64,000 nucleotides of DNA from contig QQVD01000057.1 in the NCBI GenBank assembly GCA_003388555.1, positions 43,192-107,191 of the forward strand. The letters run 5' to 3'. The position numbers and the translations under genes were made by a program. The DNA is from Acidobacteriota bacterium (GTDB lineage: Bacteria; Acidobacteriota; Thermoanaerobaculia; Multivoradales; Multivoraceae). Position 1 is the stretch's first letter. Each line of letters opens with the position of its first letter. Shown here piece after piece: positions 29,781-39,889 of this stretch. The notes under the pieces are model-generated. The model saw nothing but the letters and a program-made list of their open reading frames with translations. It made no database searches and was not told the origin of the DNA.

Positions 29781-31376
29781 ATGTCCGCCTCCACCGCAGT
29801 TCCGACCCTCGCCGCACTTCCGCCCGTCGGCGGTTCGGCGGTGTTCCCGTCGTCGTTCGGAGCGCTCGACGCGGCGCTGATCGTCGTCTACATCCTGGTC
29901 ACCGTCGGCGCCGCCCTGCTGGTGCGTCGCGGCGTGCACGACATGGCCGACTTCGTGGTCGCCGGGCGCAGCCTGCGCTCCTCGCTCGGCGTGGCGACGA
30001 TGATCGGCAGCGAGCTCGGCCTGGTGACGATCATGTTCTCGGCACAGAAGGGCTTCACCGGCGGCATGGCCGCCTTCCACATCCCGCTGGTGGCCGGACT
30101 GACGACGCTGCTGGTCGGCCTCACGGGCTTTCTGGTCGTGCCCCTGCGCGAGCGGGGAGTGCTGACCATCCCCGAGTTCTACGGCCAGCGCTTCGGCCGC
30201 GGCGTGAGGGTCGTCGGCGGCGTCATCCTGGCCCTCGCCGGGATCCTCAACATGGGTCTCTTCCTCAAGGCGGGCTCGGTGTTCGTCGTCACCGTGACCG
30301 GCATGGGCTCGCCGCTGGCGGTGAAGTGGGTGATGACCGTGCTGCTGGTGCTGGTCCTGTTCTACGTCTCGGTGGGCGGAATGCTCGCGGTCGTCGTCAC
30401 CGACTACATCCAGTTCGTGCTGCTCTCGATCGGGCTGCTGGTCGCCTGCGTCGTCGCGCTGCGTCGGTTCGGGATCGACAGCCTGGTGGAGGCTGTGCAG
30501 CAGGTGCACGGTCCGGCCGGCTTCGATCCGCTGCACGGCGACGGCTTCGGCCTCGGCTACGTCGTCTGGATGGTGTTCACCGCCGGGCTGGTCTCGTGCG
30601 CCATCTGGCAGACCGCGGTGGTCCGGGCCTGCTCGGCGGAGTCGGTCGAGGTGGTGCGGCGCACCTACCAGATCTCGTCGATCGGCTTCCTCGCCCGCTT
30701 CCTGGTGCCCAACTTCCTCGGCGTCTGCGCCCTGGCCTGGGTGGTCGCTGACGCCGGGCGCTCCGCCGTCTTCCTGCCCGGGGGCCGTCCCGCCGATCCG
30801 GAGACGACCCTGGCGGTGATGCCGGCGCTGCTCGCCGACCTGCTGCCGACCGGGCTCCTCGGGCTGGTGGTCGCGGGGATGCTGGCGGCCTTCATGTCGA
30901 CCCACGACTCGTATCTGCTCTGCTGGAGCTCGGTGCTGACCCAGGACGTGGTGGCGCCGCTGCGGCGCCGGCCGATGAGCGAAGGCGCCAGACTGCTGCT
31001 GTCGCGCGTCTTGATCTTCGTCATCGGTGTGTTCCTGCTGCTCTGGAGCCTCTGGTACCCACTGCAGCAGGACCTCTGGGACTACATGGCGATCACCGGC
31101 GCGATCTACTTCACCGGCGCCTTCTCGCTGCTCTTCTTCGGCCTCTACTGGCGGCGCGCCAGCACCGCCGGCGCCTACGGCTCGCTCGCCTGCGGCCTCG
31201 TCGCGGTGCTCGGCCTCGGACCGGTGGGCGGTGCGCTCGGGGTCGGCCTGAGCGGCGAGCAGGCCGGCCTGCTGGCGACCGGATTGGCGATCGTCGCCAT
31301 GGTGTCGCTGTCGTACCTGTTCCCCGACACGCGCTCCGCGGCCGACGACGTCCGGCGGCCGGAGGTCTCGCCATGA
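29781..31376 (+). CDS. Sodium:solute symporter (SSS) family transporter
   Basis: DFVVAGRSL, TIPEF...RFG, GGMLAVVVTDYIQ, AAFMST, FGLYWRR; about 13 TM segments. Confidence 0.92.
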   Translation: MSASTAVPTLAALPPVGGSAVFPSSFGALDAALIVVYILVTVGAALLVRRGVHDMADFVVAGRSLRSSLGVATMIGSELGLVTIMFSAQKGFTGGMAAFHIPLVAGLTTLLVGLTGFLVVPLRERGVLTIPEFYGQRFGRGVRVVGGVILALAGILNMGLFLKAGSVFVVTVTGMGSPLAVKWVMTVLLVLVLFYVSVGGMLAVVVTDYIQFVLLSIGLLVACVVALRRFGIDSLVEAVQQVHGPAGFDPLHGDGFGLGYVVWMVFTAGLVSCAIWQTAVVRACSAESVEVVRRTYQISSIGFLARFLVPNFLGVCALAWVVADAGRSAVFLPGGRPADPETTLAVMPALLADLLPTGLLGLVVAGMLAAFMSTHDSYLLCWSSVLTQDVVAPLRRRPMSEGARLLLSRVLIFVIGVFLLLWSLWYPLQQDLWDYMAITGAIYFTGAFSLLFFGLYWRRASTAGAYGSLACGLVAVLGLGPVGGALGVGLSGEQAGLLATGLAIVAMVSLSYLFPDTRSAADDVRRPEVSP

Positions 31377-31579
31377 GCTGGGCCGGCTTCTGGCTCGTCT
31401 TCCTCGGCCTGAGCCTGGCGGTCTACGCCGTCGTCGCGCTCGCGGTCACGATCCGCGGCGGTGCCGAGCTGGTGACGCTGATCCGCACCCGCGGTGGGGG
31501 ATCGCGGGAGCCGGACGGGCCGGAGGGGAACTCCGACGTCTCGTCGCGCGGCCGCGCCGGCGACCGCAGCGGGGACTGA
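31373..31579 (+). CDS. Small single-TM protein coupled to the SSS gene
   Basis: ATGA overlap with SSS stop; GGAGG upstream; hydrophobic N-terminus. Confidence 0.65.
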   Translation: MSWAGFWLVFLGLSLAVYAVVALAVTIRGGAELVTLIRTRGGGSREPDGPEGNSDVSSRGRAGDRSGD

Positions 31580-31581
31580 CG

Positions 31582-32535
31582 ATGCCCCGCCGCCGAGCGG
31601 CCGGTGGCGCGAAGCCGATCGCCACCCTCGAGCTGAGCTGCCTCGGCCGGCCACGGCTGCGACTCGTGGAGGCAGGAGACGCAGGGGTGGTCGAGCTCGA
31701 GGCGCCGCACCGCCGCGTGCTGATCCTGCTCGCCGCTCTGGCCACCGGCCCGGGGCGCGAACGTTCCCGCGATCAGCTGGTCGAGGCGCTGTGGCCGGAG
31801 CACGATCTCGACCGGGCGCTGGCCAACCTCCGCCCGGCACTCAGCCTGGCGCGGCGGCTGATCCGGGAGGCCTGCTCGGTGGAAGCCGACCCGCTGCCTC
31901 GCCGGGGAGCCTTCTATCGGCTGTCGCCGGAGTTCGCGTGGCGGATCGACGCCGAGACCTTCCGCGAGCTCGTCGTCGCCACCCGACCGCGGCACGGCGC
32001 CGCACCCGGGGACGCCGGACCTCGCGACGCCGCAGAGCCCGTCGGCCCTGAGCCGCCGCGCCAGCCGGAGCAGGGCGGGGACTCCGGACCGGGCTCCGAG
32101 CGCGCCGAGGCGTCGCGTCGGCAGTGGCTTCTGCGCACCCGCGACCGCCTCGAGCAGGCCTGGAAGCTGTACCGGGGCGTCTTCCTCTCCGGCTGCGCGG
32201 TGACGCCGTGGGTGCGTGAGGAGCGCTCCCGCTTCGAGACGCTGTGGGACGAGATGCTGCTGCGCCTCGGCGCCGTGCACGTCGAGCTCGGCGAGCTCGA
32301 TCGGGCGCTCGACTCGTTCCGCACCATCGTCGCCTTCGATCCGACCCGCGAGGACGCCCACCTCTCCGTGATGCGTATCTTCTCGCGCCAGGGGCGGCCG
32401 GACCTGGTGCGGCGCCAGTACGACCAGATGTGCCGCCACCTGCTCGACGAGCTCGAGAGCCGGCCGCTCGATTCGACCGCCCGTCGGTACTACGCGCTGC
32501 TCTCCTCTCCCGAGGACGCCGCGGCTCCCTGGTAG
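31582..32535 (+). CDS. SARP-like regulator (winged-helix plus BTAD domain)
   Basis: LGRPRL, RDQLVEALWP, LYRGVFL, W...ER, DPTREDAH..MR. Confidence 0.85.
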   Translation: MPRRRAAGGAKPIATLELSCLGRPRLRLVEAGDAGVVELEAPHRRVLILLAALATGPGRERSRDQLVEALWPEHDLDRALANLRPALSLARRLIREACSVEADPLPRRGAFYRLSPEFAWRIDAETFRELVVATRPRHGAAPGDAGPRDAAEPVGPEPPRQPEQGGDSGPGSERAEASRRQWLLRTRDRLEQAWKLYRGVFLSGCAVTPWVREERSRFETLWDEMLLRLGAVHVELGELDRALDSFRTIVAFDPTREDAHLSVMRIFSRQGRPDLVRRQYDQMCRHLLDELESRPLDSTARRYYALLSSPEDAAAPW

Positions 32536-32648
32536 GCCGCATCGGACTCTCTGTTCGCCGTCGCGGTTGCTACGATCCGGGCCGGGCACAGGCCGCGAAA
32601 GGCGCCGCCTCGGTCCACTCTCCGAACACCGTCCGAGGGCTCTTCCCG

Positions 32649-33656
32649 TTGCAGACTTCCGGTTCGCTGGCGCAGCAGGCCGCACCGTCCGAGCTGGTGG
32701 CGCCCGACGCTCCGCCGCGCCCTGCCGTCGAGGTCAGCGTCGTCGTGCCGGTGCTCGACGAGGCGCAGAGCGTCGCCGAGCTGGCGCAGCGCATCGCCGC
32801 CGAGCTGCAGGCACTCGACAAGAGCTTCGAGATCGTCTTCGTCGACGACGGATCGCGCGACGACACCGTCGAGGTCGTGCGCACCTGTCACCGCGAGGAT
32901 CCGCGCATCCGGCTGGTGCGCTTCCGGCGCAACTTCGGCAAGGCCGCCGCGCTCTCGGCGGGCTTCGAGCATTCGAGCGGCGAGATCATCATCACCATCG
33001 ACGGCGACCTGCAGGACGATCCGGCCGAGATCCCCCGCTTCCTCGAAGCGCTCGACGGCGACCAGCTCGACCTGGTGAGTGGCTGGAAGCAACGCCGCCG
33101 CGATCCGCTCAGCAAGCGGCTGCTGTCGAGGATCTTCAACGCGGTGACCAGCGCCATCGCCTCGGTCGACCTGCACGACTTCAACTGCGGCTTCAAGGCG
33201 TACCGGCGCGAGGTGCTCGACCAGGTCAGTGTCTACGGAGAGCTGCACCGCTACATCCCGGTGCTCGCGGCCCGGCGGGGCTTCCGCGTCGGCGAGCTGG
33301 CGGTGCGTCACCATCCGCGCCGGCACGGTCGGTCGAAGTACGGCTGGGGACGCCTGCTCAAGGGGCCCCTCGACCTCATCACGGTGCTGTTCATCACCCG
33401 CTACACCCGCAGGCCGCTGCACTTCTTCGGCGTCGTCGGGGCCAGCAGCGCGCTGGTCGGCTTCGCCATCTGCGCCTATCTGGCGGTGCAGTGGTTCGGC
33501 GGCGCCAGCCTGTCGAATCGGCCGCTGCTGCTGCTCGGCGTGCTGATGATCCTGCTCGGCATCCAGGTGCTGACCACCGGCCTGATCGGCGAGATGTTGA
33601 CCTACAAGACCTTCGAGCGCAGCGACAGCTACTCGATCAAGGAGACCCTGGGCTGA
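32649..33656 (+). CDS. GT2 polyprenol-phosphate glycosyltransferase (ArnC/DPM1-like)
   Basis: VVVPVLDE, VDDGSRD, RNFGKAAAL, DGDLQD, DFNCGFK, GELHRYIP; two C-terminal TM segments; start uncertain (TTG 32649). Confidence 0.9.
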   Translation: MQTSGSLAQQAAPSELVAPDAPPRPAVEVSVVVPVLDEAQSVAELAQRIAAELQALDKSFEIVFVDDGSRDDTVEVVRTCHREDPRIRLVRFRRNFGKAAALSAGFEHSSGEIIITIDGDLQDDPAEIPRFLEALDGDQLDLVSGWKQRRRDPLSKRLLSRIFNAVTSAIASVDLHDFNCGFKAYRREVLDQVSVYGELHRYIPVLAARRGFRVGELAVRHHPRRHGRSKYGWGRLLKGPLDLITVLFITRYTRRPLHFFGVVGASSALVGFAICAYLAVQWFGGASLSNRPLLLLGVLMILLGIQVLTTGLIGEMLTYKTFERSDSYSIKETLG

Positions 33657-33743
33657 AGAGCGAGCTCGTCGCTCGTCGTCGGAGGGTCTCGGGACGCGCC
33701 GCCGCCCGTCGGCAGGCGAGGTCCGCCCTTCGTACGGTGTGCG

Positions 33744-35027
33744 ATGGCTGAGCGGGGGCGCCGCCGTCGGGCCGTCTTCCTGACCCAGACCTTCCCGCGC
33801 ACCCCGGACGACACCGCCGGGCCTTTCATCCGCGAGATCGGCGCCGGCCTGGCTCGAGCCGGCTGGCAGGTGCGGGTCCTGGCGCCGCACGCACGCGAGC
33901 TGCCGCGGCATTGGCGGGACGGGCCCCTCGACGTGCGCACCTTCCGCTACGCGCCCGAGGCACTCGAGGCGATCGGCTACTCGCGCTCGCTCGAACGGGA
34001 CGAGAGCCTTCGCGCCGCGGCCGCGCTGGCGGCGCCCCTCTACCTGCTGGCGGCCCGCCGCGCGCTGCGGGCGCTGCTGCGCGAGGAGCCGGCCGAGGTG
34101 GTGCACACGCACTGGATCGTGCCCAACGGTCTCGCCGTGCCGGGTGGAGGCCGACCGCTCGCCGGCGGGCGCACCGTGGTGGGCTACGGGCTGCACGGTT
34201 CCGACGTCTTCCTCGCCGAGCGGCCTCTGGTCCGGGCACTCGTCGCGCGACTGTTGCGACGCGGCGCCTTCCTCACCGGCTGCTCGCCGGAGCTCGTCGC
34301 GCGGGTTGCCCGCCTGAGCGACGCGCCGTGCCCCCAGGCGGTGATCCCCTACGGCGTCGACGCCGAGACCTTCCGCCCCGATCCGGCTGCTTCCGCGGCC
34401 TGGCGCCGCGAGCTGGGGCTGCCCGAGGGAGCCGTCGTCGCGCTGGGGGTCGGACGGATGGCGACCAAGAAGGGCTTCCACGTCCTCGTGGCCGAGCTGC
34501 AGCGGCTCTTCGAGCGCGCTCCGGAGACCCTGCATCTTGTGCTCGCGGGGGGCGGAGACCGCGAGGCGGAGCTTCGAAGGGCGAGCGCCGGATGGCAGCA
34601 CCGGGTGCACTTCCCGGGACTGGTGCGGCGCGACGTCTTGCCGGGGCTCTTCGCCGCAGCGGACCTCTTCGTGCTGCCGGCGGTGCACGACGAGAAGGGC
34701 AACGTCGATGGCCTGCCCAACGTCATCCTCGAGGCGATGGCCTCGGCGCTGCCGGTCGTCGCCAGCGAGATCTCGGGCATACCGCTCGCCGTCGAGGACG
34801 GGACCACCGGCATCCTGACGCGGGAGGGAGATGGCGCGGAGGTGGTCGACGCGATCGTGCGGCTGGCGGCGGCGCCCGAGATACGGCGGCAGATGGGTGA
34901 GGCGGGCCGATCGAAGGTGCGCCACGAGCTGACGTGGGACCGCGTTGCCCAGCGCTACGCCGAGGTCTACGAGGCGGCGCTGGAGCGACTCGGCAACGAG
35001 ACGGGCGCGGCCACGGTCGAGGAATGA
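33744..35027 (+). CDS. GT4 glycosyltransferase
   Basis: HTHW, HGSD, VGRM..KKG, DGLPNVILEAMASALPVV. Confidence 0.9.
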   Translation: MAERGRRRRAVFLTQTFPRTPDDTAGPFIREIGAGLARAGWQVRVLAPHARELPRHWRDGPLDVRTFRYAPEALEAIGYSRSLERDESLRAAAALAAPLYLLAARRALRALLREEPAEVVHTHWIVPNGLAVPGGGRPLAGGRTVVGYGLHGSDVFLAERPLVRALVARLLRRGAFLTGCSPELVARVARLSDAPCPQAVIPYGVDAETFRPDPAASAAWRRELGLPEGAVVALGVGRMATKKGFHVLVAELQRLFERAPETLHLVLAGGGDREAELRRASAGWQHRVHFPGLVRRDVLPGLFAAADLFVLPAVHDEKGNVDGLPNVILEAMASALPVVASEISGIPLAVEDGTTGILTREGDGAEVVDAIVRLAAAPEIRRQMGEAGRSKVRHELTWDRVAQRYAEVYEAALERLGNETGAATVEE

Positions 35028-35209
35028 CGGGCTCTTGGAGCGGGTTGCGCGCCACGGTGGTGACGTGGTCGCGACAACGGGAGCCTGTCTGCCGGCGCCC
35101 CTCGGCGCGTCGATCGACGGAGGCGGCGACCCGTCCGGAACGAAGGCTCCGGGCGAACTGCACGCCAGTCAACGTGCTCGCGAGGGCAGACGATGAGGAG
35201 GCTGCGGTG

Positions 35210-38197
35210 ATGCGCACACGAGCTATGGCGACGGGAGCAGCGCAGCGGCAGCGCTGGCGCGGACTGCGGTGGGGACGTCTCGTCCTGGCACTGGCACTCG
35301 CGGCGGCAGCCGCCGCGGCGCAGGAGGCTGACCGCAGAGCCACCGATGTCCCTTCGGCGGAGACCGCCGATCTCGACCTCTCGGCGCCGCTGCCGCTCGA
35401 CCCGCTGGTGCGCACCGGGACGACGCGCAGCGGAGTGCGTTTCTACGTGCGCCGCAACTCGCGCCCCGAGGGCCGTGCCGAGCTCCGTCTGGTGGTGCGT
35501 TCGGGCTCGCTGCAGGAAGACGAGCGTCAGCTCGGCCTGGCGCATTTCGTCGAGCACATGGCGTTCAACGGCACCGAGCACTTCGCCAAGAACGAGGCGA
35601 TCGAGTACCTGCGCTCGATCGGCATGGAGTTCGGCGCCGACGTCAACGCCTTCACCGGCTTCGACCGCACCGTCTACCAGCTGCGGGTCCCCACCGACGA
35701 CGAGGAGGCGGTCGAGCGGGGTCTGCTGATCCTGGAGGACTGGGCCTCGGGCCTCACCTTCGCCGCTGAGGAGATCGATCGCGAGCGGGGCGTCGTCATC
35801 GAGGAGTGGCGAGGTGGGCGCGGCGCCGCGGCGCGGATCAGCGACCAGCACCTGCCGGTGCTGCTCGCCGGATCGCCGCGCGCGACGCGTCGACCGATCG
35901 GCGACCCCGATCTGCTGCGCACCTTTCCGCACGAGGACCTGATCCGCTACTACCGCACCTGGTACCGGCCCGAGCGCATGGCGATCGTCGCCGTCGGAGA
36001 CTTCGACCCCGAGCGCATGCAGCGCCGGATCGAGCGCGCCTTCCGCAAGCTCGGCAGTCGCCAGGCGCGGCGTCAGCGGGCCGAGAGCGAGCGGCCTGCC
36101 GAGATCGAAGACCGGGTCGAGCTGTCGTCGGCGGACCGTTTCTCTCTGGCCACCGATCCCGAGATCCAGCGCCCCCGGCTGGAGCACGTGGTGCGGCACG
36201 CGGCGCCGCGCGGTGGCTCTATCGGCGATTTTCGAGACGACCTGATCGACAGCCTCTTCCTGCGCATGTTCAACCAACGCCTCGGCGAGCTCCTGCAGCA
36301 GGCCGAACCGCCCTTCCTCAGCGCCGGCGCGGGCCTGCAGCGGGTCGACGCCTCGACGGTGCTCTTCACCCTCGCGATGAGCCCGCAGGAGGGTCTGCTG
36401 CTCGAGGGCCTCGACTCGGTAGCCGTCGAAGCCGAGCGGGTGCGTCGCCACGGCTTCCTCGACAGCGAGCTGGAGCGCCAGCGCGGTGTCTTCCTGCGTG
36501 CCTTCGAGCGGGCCTGGGAAGAGCGCGACACCACGAGCTCCGGAGCCTTCGTCGCCGACTACATCGACCACTTCGTCGACGCCGAGCCCTATCCCGACGC
36601 GGCGCAGCGTCTCGACCTGGTCCGTCGCCTGCTGCCGGCGATCACGCTCGAGGAGATCAACGCGCGCTCGCAGCGCTGGAGCAGCGGCGACGATCGGGTG
36701 ACGCTGCTCACGGCTCCCGACAGCGAGGCAGAGGACCTCCCGGACGGAGAGGCGATCCTCGACCGGCTCGAGGCGGTGCGCGAACGTGAAGTGGAGCCCT
36801 GGGTCGACGAGGTCTCGACGACGCCGTTGATGGAGACGCTTCCCGAGCCCGGCGAGGTGACCACCCGGCGGCAGATCGAGGAGCTCGACCTGCACCACTG
36901 GAGCCTGTCGAACGGCATAGAGGTCTATCTCAAGGTGACCGACTTCAAGCGCGACGAGGTGCTGCTTCGCGCCTTCAGTCCCGGAGGCACCTCGCTGGTC
37001 AGCGAAGAGGAGTTCCCCTCCGCCGTGATGTCGCAGACCGTGCTCGGGATCAGCGGGCTGGGCGAGCACAGCATGATCGAGCTCGGCAAGATGCTCAGCG
37101 ACAAGGTGGTCAGCATCAGCCCGACGCTCGACGAGGAGGGCGAGGGCTTCCAGGGTGGCGGCTCGCCGCAGGACCTCGAGACCCTCTTCCAGCTGCTGCA
37201 TCTGCAGGCCACGGCGCCGCGCGACGACCCGGAGGCCTTCGCCAGCTTCGAGAACCGCATGGCGGGCCTGGTGCGCAACCGACGCTCGCGCCCCGAGATC
37301 GTCTTCGGCGAGGCGATCGAGGAGGCCCTGTACGACGATCATCCCCGCCGCCAGCCCTTCGACGAGGCGTTCCTGGAGCGGATCGACCACGACACGGTGC
37401 TGCGGGTGCATCGGGAGCGTTTCGCCGACCTCGGGGACTTCACGTTCGTGATCGTCGGCGCCTTCGAGCTCGACGCCATGGAAGCGCTCGTCGAGCGGTA
37501 TCTGGCGTCGCTGCCGAGCGAGGGGCGTCGGGAGGCACCGCGCGACGTCGGCGTGCGCATCGTGCCAGGCGAGGTCACACGCGAGATCGCGATGGGGGTG
37601 GAGGAGAAGGCTCAGGTGCAGCTGGTGCTCTCCGGAGCTTTCGAGCAGTCCGTGGAGGAGCGCCTGCGGCTGCACGTGATGGTCGAGGTGCTGCGCAGCC
37701 GGCTGCGCGATCGGGTGCGCGAGGACCTGGGAGGCACCTACGGCGTCGGGCTCTCGGCGAGCACCAGCCACTGGCCCACCGAGAGTTTCCGCCTCACCGT
37801 GTCGTTCGGCGCCGATCCCGAACGCATCGACGAGCTGGTCGAGGTGGTGTTCGAGGAGATGGATCGGATGCGGCGCGAGGCCCCGGAGGTCTCCGAGCTG
37901 GAGAAGGTGCGCGAGACGGAGAGGCGCAACCGTGAGACGGCGCTGCGCCAGAACGGCTTCTGGCTCGGCACGCTCGCCTACAGCCTCGAGCGCGGCGAGG
38001 ACCTGACGAACATCCTCACCTTCGACCAACGTCTGTCGGCGGTCGACGTCGAAACGATCCGGCAGGCGGCCGGGAAGTACCTCAAGCGCGAGAACCTCGG
38101 CCGCTTCGTACTGCGTCCGGCGGCCGCCGGGGGCGACGCTTCGCCGCAGGCAGGGTCGCAGGAGGATCCGTCCCAGATCGAGGAAGAGGCCGCCTGA
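35210..38197 (+). CDS. M16 family zinc peptidase (PqqL-like), secreted
   Basis: GAGGAGG upstream; signal peptide; inverted zincin HFVEHMAFNGT, NAFT, ERGVVIEE, two-half architecture. Confidence 0.92.
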   Translation: MRTRAMATGAAQRQRWRGLRWGRLVLALALAAAAAAAQEADRRATDVPSAETADLDLSAPLPLDPLVRTGTTRSGVRFYVRRNSRPEGRAELRLVVRSGSLQEDERQLGLAHFVEHMAFNGTEHFAKNEAIEYLRSIGMEFGADVNAFTGFDRTVYQLRVPTDDEEAVERGLLILEDWASGLTFAAEEIDRERGVVIEEWRGGRGAAARISDQHLPVLLAGSPRATRRPIGDPDLLRTFPHEDLIRYYRTWYRPERMAIVAVGDFDPERMQRRIERAFRKLGSRQARRQRAESERPAEIEDRVELSSADRFSLATDPEIQRPRLEHVVRHAAPRGGSIGDFRDDLIDSLFLRMFNQRLGELLQQAEPPFLSAGAGLQRVDASTVLFTLAMSPQEGLLLEGLDSVAVEAERVRRHGFLDSELERQRGVFLRAFERAWEERDTTSSGAFVADYIDHFVDAEPYPDAAQRLDLVRRLLPAITLEEINARSQRWSSGDDRVTLLTAPDSEAEDLPDGEAILDRLEAVREREVEPWVDEVSTTPLMETLPEPGEVTTRRQIEELDLHHWSLSNGIEVYLKVTDFKRDEVLLRAFSPGGTSLVSEEEFPSAVMSQTVLGISGLGEHSMIELGKMLSDKVVSISPTLDEEGEGFQGGGSPQDLETLFQLLHLQATAPRDDPEAFASFENRMAGLVRNRRSRPEIVFGEAIEEALYDDHPRRQPFDEAFLERIDHDTVLRVHRERFADLGDFTFVIVGAFELDAMEALVERYLASLPSEGRREAPRDVGVRIVPGEVTREIAMGVEEKAQVQLVLSGAFEQSVEERLRLHVMVEVLRSRLRDRVREDLGGTYGVGLSASTSHWPTESFRLTVSFGADPERIDELVEVVFEEMDRMRREAPEVSELEKVRETERRNRETALRQNGFWLGTLAYSLERGEDLTNILTFDQRLSAVDVETIRQAAGKYLKRENLGRFVLRPAAAGGDASPQAGSQEDPSQIEEEAA

Positions 38198-38338
38198 TCG
38201 GACCTGCGTGACCCCTGGGCCGAGGTCGCGACGGGTCCGCGGGCGTCGCGACGGCGGTTAGGCTCTACGTCCGCCGGCGGCGCGCCGGCGAAGCGCACGC
38301 AGAGCAGGACGGTCGACGAAGAGAGAGAGGAGCTCGAG

Positions 38339-39739
38339 ATGGGCAGGCAGAGGGTGACCGCGACCAACGATCCGGATCGGGGAGCTCGTCCGCCAAGAGG
38401 CGACGGGGGGCGCGCTGCTCGTCCGATGCAGCCTCGGCTCGACGTCCCCGAGGCCGCCGCCCGGAGCCCACTGCGGGAAGCCGCCGTCCTCTCCCTGCTG
38501 CTGGTCGTCGCTGCCGCGGCGACGTCGGCCAACGACGGCTGGCCCGACTGGCGCGGCCCGACGCTCAACCGCTCGGTCGACGCCTCGGGGCTTCCGGTGG
38601 CCTGGTCCGAGAGCGAGAACCTGTGCTGGAAGACGGCGCTGCCCGACCGCTCCGGAGCGACTCCGATCGTCAGCCAGGGCACCATCTTCCTCAACGTCGG
38701 CGAGGGCGAGCAGCTCGAGCTCTGGGCGCTCGACGAAAGGGACGGCTCGCTGCGCTGGAAGCGCGCCATCGGCGCTGGCAACGAGCGCAAACACAAGCAG
38801 AACATGTCGTCGCCGTCGCCGGTCAGCGACGGCGAGCACGTCTGGGTGCTCACCGGCACCGGCGTGGTGAAGGCCTTCGACTTCGCCGGCCAGGAGGTCT
38901 GGAAGCGCGACCTGCAGGAGGACTACGGCGACTTCGGGCTCAACTGGGGTTACGCCTCGTCGCCCTTCCTGCACCGCGGCGTGCTCTACGTCCAGGTGCT
39001 GCACGGCATGCGTACCGACGATCCGTCGTACGTCGTGGCCATCGAAGCGGAGAGCGGCGACAACCGCTGGCGGGTCGAGCGCCCGACCGACGCGCGCGCC
39101 GAGTCGCCGGACAGCTACACCACGCCGGCCCTGCTGCAGCGCGGCGCCGGCGAGCTGGTCATCAGCGGCGGCGACTACGTCACCGGCCACGCTCTCGACG
39201 ACGGCCGCGAGCTGTGGCGAGTCGGCGGCCTCAACCCGGAGAAGCACGGCATGTACCGGGTGGTGGCTTCACCGGTGGTGGTGGGCCGCACGATCTTCGT
39301 GCCGTCGCGTGTGCGGCCGCTGCTCGCCCTGCGCGCCGAATCGGAGGAGTACGGCGCCGAGCCCGAGGTGCTGTTCGAGCTCGACCGGGGCACCGACGTG
39401 CCGACTCCGGCGGCCAACCAGGACTACCTCTTCGTGCTCAGCGACAACGGCATCCTGCGGCGCATCGACGCCAAGACGGGCGAGGAGACCTGGGACGAGC
39501 CGCAGCGCTTGGCGCAGGGCAACTACAGCGCCTCGCCACTGCTCGCCGACGGCAAGCTCTACGCCACCTCCGAGGACGGGGTGACGTCGGTGGTCGCTGC
39601 CTACGGCGACTTCGAGGAGCTGGCGGTGAACAAGCTGGAGGGCTTCACCCTCTCGTCGCTAGCGGTCTCCCGAGGTCGCATCTACCAGCGCACCGACCAG
39701 GCGCTCTACTGCATCGGTGGGGCGTCGGAGGTCCCCTGA
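38339..39739 (+). CDS. Secreted PQQ-binding-like (BamB-like) beta-propeller protein
   Basis: Signal peptide then WPDWRGP; repeated SSP/TP...G...W motifs; start may be 38426. Confidence 0.88.
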   Translation: MGRQRVTATNDPDRGARPPRGDGGRAARPMQPRLDVPEAAARSPLREAAVLSLLLVVAAAATSANDGWPDWRGPTLNRSVDASGLPVAWSESENLCWKTALPDRSGATPIVSQGTIFLNVGEGEQLELWALDERDGSLRWKRAIGAGNERKHKQNMSSPSPVSDGEHVWVLTGTGVVKAFDFAGQEVWKRDLQEDYGDFGLNWGYASSPFLHRGVLYVQVLHGMRTDDPSYVVAIEAESGDNRWRVERPTDARAESPDSYTTPALLQRGAGELVISGGDYVTGHALDDGRELWRVGGLNPEKHGMYRVVASPVVVGRTIFVPSRVRPLLALRAESEEYGAEPEVLFELDRGTDVPTPAANQDYLFVLSDNGILRRIDAKTGEETWDEPQRLAQGNYSASPLLADGKLYATSEDGVTSVVAAYGDFEELAVNKLEGFTLSSLAVSRGRIYQRTDQALYCIGGASEVP

Positions 39740-39862
39740 GCTCCCCGAGCCTTTTCCCGAGATCGCGGACAGCCCAGGCCCCCGAGCCCGACGGTCCCCG
39801 TCTGCCGGCAGCCGGGGGACGGCCCTGAGGGCGCTGCCGCATCGCTGTCGGCCCGGCGGAGG

Positions 39863-39889
39863 CTCACTGGTCGTATCTCACTGGTCGTA
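39863..39889. repeat. 13-bp direct repeat duplicating the 3' end of the UbiB gene
   Basis: CTCACTGGTCGTA at 39863-39875 and 39877-39889. Confidence 0.85.

Noticed and set aside
32490..34925. 811-aa minus-strand ORF, and similar long antisense ORFs at 3758-5854, 9034-11037, 52323-54653 and 58625-60472
   Set aside because: Antisense to clearly identifiable genes; no recognisable motifs
34967..38029. 1020-aa minus-strand ORF
   Set aside because: Antisense shadow of the M16 peptidase; long stop-free antisense frames are expected at this GC content
35210..39739. PqqL-like peptidase next to a PQQ-like propeller as evidence of PQQ biosynthesis
   Set aside because: Naming coincidence; the peptidase is secreted and no pqqA-E genes are present
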